From Promethearchaeota archaeon (GTDB taxonomy: Archaea; Asgardarchaeota; Lokiarchaeia; Sigyniarchaeales; SOKP01), in NCBI GenBank assembly GCA_019057795.1, contig JAHLWS010000078.1:1-64000 (forward strand): a DNA stretch of 64,000 nt, read 5' to 3'. The notes beneath the pieces were generated by a model that had not been told where the DNA came from, did not search any database, and saw nothing but the letters and a program-made list of their open reading frames with translations. Made by a program: the position numbers and the translations under genes. Position 1 is the first letter of the stretch. Every line of letters starts with the position of its first letter. This document shows, piece by piece, positions 9,928 to 18,044 of this stretch.

Positions 9928-11074
9928 GATTATTTTCACCACGTGGGTTTTGAGGAAAACCTTCTGAATCATTTTCTGGTTCTTCTGGTTTATCCTTTTC
10001 TTTTAAAGCTGTTAATTTGTTATCTTTTTGTAATCCTAAATATCGGTTAATCAAGATTACGATTTGTTCAGGCGGAACTAACTTATCTAAAGCCATTCTG
10101 ATTTGTAGAACACCGTTCATTTGAGTTGCGATATTATACTCTGCAGGTTCATTAAATTTAACCTTTTCTTTTGCTCCTAACTTTATAAGAATGGATATAA
10201 TTGATGGTAATAACTCGTCTTGTAATTCTTTGATATGAGCATACCAATTTGCTGTTGCTGTATCACTTGCTGCTAAAACTCCCGTAGGATCACCATACAA
10301 TTGTAATCTATTTAAACTAGATTCACGGGTTATGTATGTATCGCCATACTCTAACATGTTAATGGGATCGTAAGCGTTTTTCATGGGAGAAATATAACTT
10401 AAATCGTCTTCCGAATCAATAGTTATAGCATCGTCCTTAGTAGGAGCATCTAAAGCTGATTCTGCTTTTTGATAACTCTCAGCATCCAAACCTTTAACTT
10501 TAAGCACTAAATTAGCCAGACCTTGAAAAAAGGCATATTTTGAATATTCTGACCATATCTTAAAACTTTGGTTTGTAACGTCTATCAAGTTTAATAGCTT
10601 AGACAAACCACGTTCTCCTGCTAATCCATCTGCTGTTCTTAATAAGAAAAAATTCTCATCTCTACCACTGATTCTAGTGCCAGTTCCTTGCATAACGTTA
10701 GGATTGTTGTAAATCTTTATTGCTGTACAATCTCCAGTTTTTTCGTCAAATTCGGACATAACAAAACCTATGCCCCCAACTTTCAAATTCCATGCTTGTA
10801 CATTACCATCATCGTCAAAGATAATAGCAGATATACCAAAGAGATCTCTATATTTAATAGCTTTTTCTAATTCTAACTTTCTGTCGTAATCTAAATCAAA
10901 ATCTTCGAATCCGTTATGAAACATGGCTTCTATTGGTTTATTGATTATAGCCTTTGCTCCTGGTACGTGTACGTAAACATCCCATAAATCTTCAGCAGTA
11001 ACTGAATCGCCAACTTTACGGTTACTAGTTCTAGTGCCACTACAAATATCAGAAATCGTTTTATACTGTGTCAT
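9902..11074 (-). CDS. Portal protein (DUF1073-like)
   Basis: AKAIINKPIEAM, RDLFGISAII, GLSKL and LYGDPTGVLAASDTATANWYAHI match DUF1073-type portal motifs; follows terminase. Confidence 0.8.
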   Translation of the reverse strand: MTQYKTISDICSGTRTSNRKVGDSVTAEDLWDVYVHVPGAKAIINKPIEAMFHNGFEDFDLDYDRKLELEKAIKYRDLFGISAIIFDDDGNVQAWNLKVGGIGFVMSEFDEKTGDCTAIKIYNNPNVMQGTGTRISGRDENFFLLRTADGLAGERGLSKLLNLIDVTNQSFKIWSEYSKYAFFQGLANLVLKVKGLDAESYQKAESALDAPTKDDAITIDSEDDLSYISPMKNAYDPINMLEYGDTYITRESSLNRLQLYGDPTGVLAASDTATANWYAHIKELQDELLPSIISILIKLGAKEKVKFNEPAEYNIATQMNGVLQIRMALDKLVPPEQIVILINRYLGLQKDNKLTALKEKDKPEEPENDSEGFPQNPRGENNLARQRRSE

Positions 11075-11076
11075 TT

Positions 11077-12660
11077 TTACCAAATACTTTTTCTATATAT
11101 GTGAAATGTTCTTCGACGCATCTTTTCTAATTCTGTGAATCCCATTGCTAATGCGTCAATAGCATCGAGTTTCTTACAATTTGGGAATGTTAAAATCTCC
11201 CAAATTAGTTCACTTCTTTTTTCTTTCTTTCGTAAACTATTCATAAACCTTATAGTACCGTTTATAATCGGTACTTCTAAGGACATAATACGTTCTTGCT
11301 TAGCTCTTGAATGATGTACTTCTATAATATAAGGTACAAACTCGTAATTACGTGCTTTGGCAATCTCTATCAAGAATTTGCCACCAGCATTCTCTTCAAT
11401 CGCAACAGTTACCTTTATATTTTTGTAAACTTCCCTAATATCTATAAAAGCAGTTTCTATTCTCTTAAGAATGTCATCGAAGTTATATTTTCCACTATCT
11501 TCGTCAAAAACTATGTATTCTCTTTTCTTTTCCTTTTCTTTGCTTTTAAAAATGGTTATTATCGAAGAAAAGGCACTTTCCTTATTGGTCGTCCATGCTG
11601 GGTCCAAAGCAATGCATACTGCTTCGTATTCTGACCATTTCTTTACCTCAGATGCCCAATGGATATTATCTTCTGTCCACACTCCGCCAGTCAGCGGCTG
11701 TGGATTACCTAAGTATTCTGAAGAGTATCTATACTCGCCAATTTCAGCACGTTTCTGAGCTAATTTCTCAAATGTCCACCGTTCAGGACACAGAAGGCTA
11801 CCATCGGCATTAATGGGAGTTCTAAAGAATATTGCGATTTTGTCTTTATAGCTTTTCTGAATGTAATCTAAGAAATCCCCTTCAAACTTACGTGTGCCGC
11901 AGATAATCGTTTTATTTGGGTTTATATTAGCGATAGTACTTTCCCATCGGTTTTCTAAGTCACGTTCTTTGCTAGGATACATTTCAAAACTCTCGTCAAT
12001 TGGATCGTCAATTATAAGGCATAATCCTTGTTTAGAACCATATATATCCGCATGCATTCCCAGAATTGCCTTATCTTTTAAACCATAGCAATCAAATCTA
12101 TTTCCGTCCTTTGTTTTGAAGTGATTAGCAGTATTTTTAACCACTGATTCAGTAGTTATCAAATTATTCCTAAGAAAATAGACGTAGATAAATTCAGCGA
12201 GTTGCTTCCTTCTATCTGTCCAACCTAAGAGCATAACGTCCATTTTTTTGACATCTAAGAGATATTCGATGTACATAACGAGTAGAACAGATTTACCGTG
12301 ATCTCTGGCTACGACAATTAAGGACATGTCGTTTTCTTCCAAATGCTTGAAAAGCTCATATTGCCACTTGTATAAGATTGTATAAGGAAAACAGTTTTTA
12401 ACAAATTCGGTGAAAAGACTCGGCAAAATTCGTACCTTTTCGTTTAGCGGTAAGTTTGCCCTAAGTTTGTTTAACACGTCTTTGTTTTGAATTTGATCGA
12501 GAATCCGTTTCTTAGCTTGTCTTACAGTGTTTTTTTCTTTGACTGAAATTGCCTTTGTAAGGTTGTAAAGGTCTTCGTTGTCGCAGAAAGGGTTCTCACT
12601 TAGCAGGAATCTTACCTGTGCAGTTACTGAAGTACTTGTAATTTTTGTCACGCTTTGCAA
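11077..12660 (-). CDS. terL: Terminase large subunit
   Basis: Walker A VARDHGKS, Walker B LIIDDPI, GTRK, RNase H-like nuclease IALDPA...IEEN...DAIDAL. Confidence 0.92.
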   Translation of the reverse strand: MQSVTKITSTSVTAQVRFLLSENPFCDNEDLYNLTKAISVKEKNTVRQAKKRILDQIQNKDVLNKLRANLPLNEKVRILPSLFTEFVKNCFPYTILYKWQYELFKHLEENDMSLIVVARDHGKSVLLVMYIEYLLDVKKMDVMLLGWTDRRKQLAEFIYVYFLRNNLITTESVVKNTANHFKTKDGNRFDCYGLKDKAILGMHADIYGSKQGLCLIIDDPIDESFEMYPSKERDLENRWESTIANINPNKTIICGTRKFEGDFLDYIQKSYKDKIAIFFRTPINADGSLLCPERWTFEKLAQKRAEIGEYRYSSEYLGNPQPLTGGVWTEDNIHWASEVKKWSEYEAVCIALDPAWTTNKESAFSSIITIFKSKEKEKKREYIVFDEDSGKYNFDDILKRIETAFIDIREVYKNIKVTVAIEENAGGKFLIEIAKARNYEFVPYIIEVHHSRAKQERIMSLEVPIINGTIRFMNSLRKKEKRSELIWEILTFPNCKKLDAIDALAMGFTELEKMRRRTFHIYRKSIW

Positions 12661-13019
12661 ATATTTTTAGAATACTCAATCCATTTTTTTCAATTCCATT
12701 CATATAAATCGACGGGGGATACCTATCGTTTCTATCACTCTCTAAGAATACTAAACCTAATGTGCATTAATTACTTGAAATATATAGTGTGCACACTGAA
12801 TTTACAATCATTAGATAGTTATCACAGTAATGCCGTGATTCATGTGACAAAGCAGAGTAGGGCTTTTTGAGTCTCATTCTATAAGGAGTAGACAGAAAAG
12901 CCCATAAGCTCCCCATGTACGAAGGTTTGAAAAGGTAGAAGAATATGCATCTAATGCATAACTCTATCAATAATTATTAACGTAATTTGTATTTAAATGT
13001 TTACAAAAATTACATTTGC

Positions 13020-13440
13020 ATACATTTGCATACAATAATGAAATAATGAAATGTAGTGTAATAACTTCTTCCCACTCTTCTAGTATATTATGAATGAAAC
13101 TCAGCTAGAATAGTAAAAAGATTACTACACTTTAAATAATGAAATAATGAATGCTCATACTACCCATACAATTCATTTACCTAAATTCCTTAATATTCTT
13201 TACCCAATGCATGTAGAAAAAAAATATACTAGTTTAATTCTAGTAGATAGAGAGTAATCAAAACGTCGGAATTTAGGTATATAATAATGAAATAATGAAA
13301 TAATGTGAAATAACAAAATAACACGTTTTCCAATACATCCTCTATACTAAGTAATTAACTAGTATATTTTTTTTCCATGTGCATTGGGTGAAAAAAAATA
13401 GGTTATTTAGTTATTTCATAATGAAATGATAAAAAATGTA
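13020..13440 (+). ncRNA. Candidate large structured viral ncRNA (may extend 5' to ~12730)
   Basis: Helices 13202-13252/13340-13389, 13178-13189/13268-13279, 13304-13322/13402-13420 and a hairpin at 13052-13131; several non-WC positions are G-U on + strand; AATAATGA repeats in linkers. Confidence 0.55.
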
Positions 13441-13509
13441 AATCCTTATATAAAGATTTTATTAAAGATTATTGAATTGAAATAAATTCAATTTTCTACA
13501 GTGATTAAT

Positions 13510-13818
13510 ATGAAAAAGAATGTAAATTTTAAACTAGATGTAGATTTACACAGTTGGTTAAAACATTATGTTATAACAAATAACACGACAATAACCGAAG
13601 TTTTAACCAAACACATCAAAGAATTGAAAAATCCAAAGACGACAATAACCGAAACTAATAATTCGGAAAAACCAAAAAAAGTATCTAAACCTAAGAAGTC
13701 TAAACCATATAACGAAGACAATCCGCCAGAAGAGCCCATGTACGAAGGAGATTCATTCGATGAGCCATTATCGGTTAAAGATTTTGTTAAAATGGGCTAT
13801 CATAAAAAGAGCGATTAA
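13510..13818 (+). CDS. Ribbon-helix-helix DNA-binding protein (viral regulator)
   Basis: KNVNFKLDVDLHSWLKHYVITNNTTITEVLTKHI strand-helix-helix pattern; TATA-like TTATATAA at ~13446. Confidence 0.7.
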   Translation: MKKNVNFKLDVDLHSWLKHYVITNNTTITEVLTKHIKELKNPKTTITETNNSEKPKKVSKPKKSKPYNEDNPPEEPMYEGDSFDEPLSVKDFVKMGYHKKSD

Positions 13819-13820
13819 AA

Positions 13821-14201
13821 ATGGCACACACTGAATCATCTCGACTTAATCGTGTATATAGTATGTTTATTCCCCCCGATGTCTTTCTTGGTAAACGAGT
13901 AATGACAGAATTTGATACTCTTCATAGCAAACTCCGCCACTGCCATACTTGCGGACGTCCTATGATATGGTCTGAATTTCTCGCAGGAGCTCGAATAGGA
14001 GTGGGTTTTTATACGTTTGGCATGAAAATGCTCAAAGAAATATGGGAAAACGACATCTTCGTGTTAAAATGCTGTCGTTGTTTTCACTCAAACACTCAAA
14101 ACTCCGACGTATTAGATGCAATAACCCACTGGCTTCCAGAATACATGCGAAATCCTGCAGTAACGATGGATGATTTAAATAATGAACTGGAATCAGATTA
14201 A
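13821..14201 (+). CDS. Zn-finger protein (CxxC...W...CCxC)
   Basis: CHTC and CCRC motifs with intervening W residues. Confidence 0.6.
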   Translation: MAHTESSRLNRVYSMFIPPDVFLGKRVMTEFDTLHSKLRHCHTCGRPMIWSEFLAGARIGVGFYTFGMKMLKEIWENDIFVLKCCRCFHSNTQNSDVLDAITHWLPEYMRNPAVTMDDLNNELESD

Positions 14202-14916
14202 ATATATCGATTGTATGGACGAGAAGGAAGGTCTCCCATCCCTGCCTTCCCAGTCCATCGATCTCGCACTCACGGACCCGCCTTGGGGAGTGGACATTCA
14301 TAAAACCATGATAAAAGATCGCAAATACATAAATGGGAGAATCTTAAAGGCTAAACCTGCAGAGCTAATGTACAACGATTCTTGGAGACCTGACTGGAAT
14401 TTAACGTGGTTTAAACAATTAGAACGTATCTGCAAAGCCATTATCTTAGTTGTTGGTCAGAAAAGAGTAATTTGGTGGATACAAAATACAAATCCTATCG
14501 GTATAATCGCCATTACTCATAAAAATGGCTACAGTTCTACCAAAGTATCTCGTTGGAACAAATTTTCACCCTATTTAGTCTACGGAAAACTTAACAAAAG
14601 ATTGTTTTCAAACGTCATAGAATACGTGATTCCGTGGGGATTTTTATCGGATAAGCAATACAAACATCCTAGTCAAAAAGGTATCGAAATTGCCATAAAA
14701 ATACTAAAAGAAACTAAAACTAAATCGATGATCGATCCTTTCGCAGGAAGTGGGAGTTATTTAAAAGCAGCAGACTTACTCGACATCAAATGGATAGGCT
14801 ACGAGATTAACCCAAGCATTTCAAAAGAAGACGTCGACAAGAGATTTAACGACAAGAGAACTTTAGCAGACTTAGGATACGAAGATTACGAAGTAGGAAA
14901 CATGATGTTAATATAA
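14182..14916 (+). CDS. Orphan beta-class N6-A/N4-C DNA methyltransferase
   Basis: Motif IV DPPW precedes HPSQK and motif I DPFAGSGS; no cognate endonuclease nearby. Confidence 0.9.
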   Translation: MNWNQIKYIDCMDEKEGLPSLPSQSIDLALTDPPWGVDIHKTMIKDRKYINGRILKAKPAELMYNDSWRPDWNLTWFKQLERICKAIILVVGQKRVIWWIQNTNPIGIIAITHKNGYSSTKVSRWNKFSPYLVYGKLNKRLFSNVIEYVIPWGFLSDKQYKHPSQKGIEIAIKILKETKTKSMIDPFAGSGSYLKAADLLDIKWIGYEINPSISKEDVDKRFNDKRTLADLGYEDYEVGNMMLI

Positions 14917-14941
14917 ACAAAAATGAGGTGATAAAAGAAAA

Positions 14942-15133
14942 ATGGGTAAAGAAGAAGATAAATATTGTCCATTCAAAGCCGAGTTCCGTATATGCCAAAA
15001 ATGGAAATGTATGGCTTACTTTAAGGAAGACGATGTCTGTCTGTGCAAATTATTAGACTTTGGGAATATAATATTATATTCTTTTGAAAATTTAAGAAAT
15101 AGTATAGATAACTTAGTAACGACAAAAAAGTAA
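14942..15133 (+). CDS. Small Cys-rich viral protein
   Basis: CPF...C...CMAY...C..C pattern; GAGGTGA SD upstream. Confidence 0.6.
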   Translation: MGKEEDKYCPFKAEFRICQKWKCMAYFKEDDVCLCKLLDFGNIILYSFENLRNSIDNLVTTKK

Positions 15134-15170
15134 TAAAAAATCAGTAATAAAAAGAAGTATTTGGGATAAT

Positions 15171-16355
15171 TTACTTATCCCTTAGTAATTTTTCCTTATA
15201 AAGTTCCTTTGCCCATTCTTTTAGCTTATCGATGTCTTTTTCAAAGCTAAGGTTTTGTTTAATCAATAAGTCAATTTGCTCATCTTTTTTAGCCATTGCT
15301 TTAGTTAACTCAACTATTTGCACGTTTGTCGTGTCGTAAATTTCGCAATCAATACAAATCGATTTTTCCACTTCTAACCATTTCTTATAAAAGTAATCGA
15401 TTTTTCTTAACTTAGTGTTATAAGATTCACTCAAATCCTTTGCTTTATGTCCCATCAAATGCTCTTTAAACCATCCCTTAACGTCCTTAGTGTCTTCTAA
15501 TGAACTATCGAAGTATTTTCTTACACAGTGGGTTTTAACGTTTTGAGTTATGCCCAGTTCCTTTCCGATTGCTTTTATCCTATCCAAATAATCGTATTGC
15601 TTAATTCTAGTGCCTTTTTTGGTTTGAAAAATCGTAGTTAAGTCTAATTTAGTCAAATCAACTGTGTAAATCGATTGCATCAAAGTGGTTAACTCGCTTG
15701 GTAAAAACATAAAATTTATTATCACGTTCCACTTTTGACTTACAAATCTTCTTACAAAGTAGTGTTCCTTATACTTTTCAATTTTGTATTTTCCATTAGT
15801 TAACTCTTCTAGTATGTCGTCTACTCTTAAACCTAATAACGCTTGACTTTTCATAAGTAATCTATATTCTGCTCTGTGTAATTTGGCTATAAAAAGTTTT
15901 AAATCTTCACGTTCAAAAATCATCTCGTTCTTATTCAATCCTGCTGAGTAAGATTCAATCCCTTCGGTTATAGACGATCCTCTGGCAGAGTAAAAGGATT
16001 TAATTCTCGATTGCCAGTTATTAACGATAGAAACTTCGTTTTTCCCTAACTTAATCATTTCTGTAAGATAATTCATTAATCTCGCATTTCTGTCGTCTAT
16101 ATGTTCTTCTAACAATTCTGACGGATTTTCACAGCTATAAAAATCGCAGTATTTCTTTAACTCGTTCAAATAGCCAGTAATACTAAACTTTTTAGGATCT
16201 TTACCTTTTTTGGAAAATTTTCTAACTTTAGATTCAATCCATTTCTTAACGTCTTCGTTTCTAAAAACCGAATATCGTTTTTCCCATGCATCAATTTTTT
16301 CCTTTCCGTAAATTTCCCCTAAGTCTGTCTTACTTATGGCTTTAATTTCTTGCAT
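15171..16355 (-). CDS. int: Tyrosine recombinase/integrase
   Basis: Catalytic R (GLRVDD), HCVRK, LMGH and Y (SESYN); C-terminal coiled coil. Confidence 0.9.
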   Translation of the reverse strand: MQEIKAISKTDLGEIYGKEKIDAWEKRYSVFRNEDVKKWIESKVRKFSKKGKDPKKFSITGYLNELKKYCDFYSCENPSELLEEHIDDRNARLMNYLTEMIKLGKNEVSIVNNWQSRIKSFYSARGSSITEGIESYSAGLNKNEMIFEREDLKLFIAKLHRAEYRLLMKSQALLGLRVDDILEELTNGKYKIEKYKEHYFVRRFVSQKWNVIINFMFLPSELTTLMQSIYTVDLTKLDLTTIFQTKKGTRIKQYDYLDRIKAIGKELGITQNVKTHCVRKYFDSSLEDTKDVKGWFKEHLMGHKAKDLSESYNTKLRKIDYFYKKWLEVEKSICIDCEIYDTTNVQIVELTKAMAKKDEQIDLLIKQNLSFEKDIDKLKEWAKELYKEKLLRDK

Positions 16356-16462
16356 TTTTTTTAATCACTCTCATTTTTTTATTTTTTATTTTTTTTTCTA
16401 TTATTTTTTTGTTGGTCGATGTCCTATTTTGAATTGAGTATTTAAATGTAGGCACTCGGAGT

Positions 16463-16488
16463 TTAACCGAATATATACTTTCGGTTAA
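16463..16488. promoter_or_regulatory. 9-8-9 palindrome upstream of the integrase (operator or att core)
   Basis: TTAACCGAA-tatatact-TTCGGTTAA. Confidence 0.5.
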
Positions 16489-16791
16489 TTTGGTATTTTG
16501 GCTTATACTCTCATGTTCTTTAAATAAGCTCATTTTTATTTTCATTATTACTTTCTCACTACAATTAATATAGGGGATAGAGTATTTAAACGTCAGCATG
16601 TAACCCAATAATTTTAAACAATTTTTCAGAAAAAATTTAAGCTGCCTAGAATTTATTAAATTAGGAATAAAATAAAAATTATTGTAAATTCGGTTTGTAC
16701 AGCAGTAATTTTTTATAATAAAAAGTAATCGTGACAATAGCTTTCAATCAATAAATTTCAATAACATATTAATATATATAAAGACAAGGTT

Positions 16792-17841
16792 ATGAGAGAG
16801 AATCAAAACCAAAATAAATTTCCAATTGGTAAGCTTAAACATAAGTTTCTCTTAAAGATGTTAAAGAGTTTTGTTTCTAACACTCATTTAGAGGATGACA
16901 GGGTCATCATGGGCTCGAGCATTGGAGAGGATGCGGCTGTTATTGATATGGGCGATAATTACTTAGTTGCTAAGACCGACCCAATTACTTTTGCTACAGA
17001 CGCTATAGGATACTACGCCGTAAATGTCAATGTAAACGACGTTGTGTGTACTGGAGCTACTCCTAAGTGGTTTCAATCAACAATTTTACTACCTAAGAAA
17101 CTTACAGATGAAAATTTAATTGAAAACATTTTCAAAAACATTCATGATACTTGCAAATCTTTTGGGATTTCTGTAATAGGGGGTCACACTGAAATTACTT
17201 CAGACCTTACCAGACCAATTATTGTTGGTTCTCTCCTTGGCGAGGTTGAGAAAGATAAATTGGTTTTGACATCTGGAGCAAAAGCAGGAGACTCAATAAT
17301 ACTAACCAAGGGAATTTTTATCGAAGGCACATCCATTATAGCGCGAGAAAAAGAGAATATATTAAAGGATAAAGGGTACAGCGCCGAATTTATTGAAAAA
17401 TGTAAAGATTACCTATATAATCCAGGCATCAGCATCTTTAAAGAAGCTTTATTATCCAACGATAATTTCAAAATTAATTCTATGCACGACCCTACAGAAG
17501 GCGGTCTATTTTGTGGCATCGCGGAAATGGCAATTGCCTCGAATTTAGGGGTATTAATCGAAAAAAACAAAATAAATGTTTTACCAGAGCCAACGGAGTT
17601 AAGTAAAATCTTTGATTTAAATCCATATAACACAATCTCTTCCGGTTCTCTTTTAATTTCAATTAAAGAAGAATTTACTGCAGATTTAATTGATTTATTG
17701 GCGAAAAACGGCATAAATTCTGAATTGATTGGTAATTTCACTTCGAAAAAAGAAAACTATTTAGTAATAGATGATAACAATAAAAAGACGCCAATGTTGT
17801 ATACAGAAACAGACGAAATCACAAAATTGTTTAATTTTTAA
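16792..17841 (+). CDS. AIR synthase family protein (HypE/ThiL-like)
   Basis: GEDAAV, KTDP, VNDV, GGHTE and MHDPTEGG motifs. Confidence 0.9.
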   Translation: MRENQNQNKFPIGKLKHKFLLKMLKSFVSNTHLEDDRVIMGSSIGEDAAVIDMGDNYLVAKTDPITFATDAIGYYAVNVNVNDVVCTGATPKWFQSTILLPKKLTDENLIENIFKNIHDTCKSFGISVIGGHTEITSDLTRPIIVGSLLGEVEKDKLVLTSGAKAGDSIILTKGIFIEGTSIIAREKENILKDKGYSAEFIEKCKDYLYNPGISIFKEALLSNDNFKINSMHDPTEGGLFCGIAEMAIASNLGVLIEKNKINVLPEPTELSKIFDLNPYNTISSGSLLISIKEEFTADLIDLLAKNGINSELIGNFTSKKENYLVIDDNNKKTPMLYTETDEITKLFNF

Positions 17842-18044
17842 AATTAGCTAAGATTTTAGCTAAGATTTTTATTTTTGAATTTTCATTATATTTATATAAT
17901 TAAGGGTTGTTTACTAAATTTACTAAAATTACATTATTAAATTAATATTTGAGTTAAAGTGGTTAAAGAATTACGAATAAAGAATTAAGTACCATTCTGA
18001 AATCCATAGGAGAAAAAGCGAAAGGGAAAGAATTAACTCTTAAG

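Larger units (their letters stand above)
305..16500. mobile_element. Integrated tailed archaeal provirus (Caudoviricetes, HK97-type); boundaries approximate
   Basis: Canonical order terminase-portal-scaffold-decoration-MCP-neck-tail-hub/fibre, divergent RHH/Zn-finger/MTase block, tyrosine integrase next to the first housekeeping gene. Confidence 0.9.

Noticed and set aside
12655-12970. Two short ORFs (71 and 67 aa) at the TerS position
   Set aside because: TTG starts, no SD, no TerS-like composition; hairpin content fits non-coding sequence better
13030-13430. AATAATGAAATAATGAA repeats as a mini-CRISPR array
   Set aside because: Repeats are short and internally periodic, spacing is irregular (~100-145 bp), and the intervening sequences pair with each other
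16342-16737. 131-aa minus-strand ORF upstream of the integrase
   Set aside because: Low-complexity translation spanning promoter-like repeats and a palindrome; probably spurious
17845-17869. 12-bp tandem duplication AGCTAAGATTTT
   Set aside because: Two copies in an AT-rich terminator region; no evidence of function
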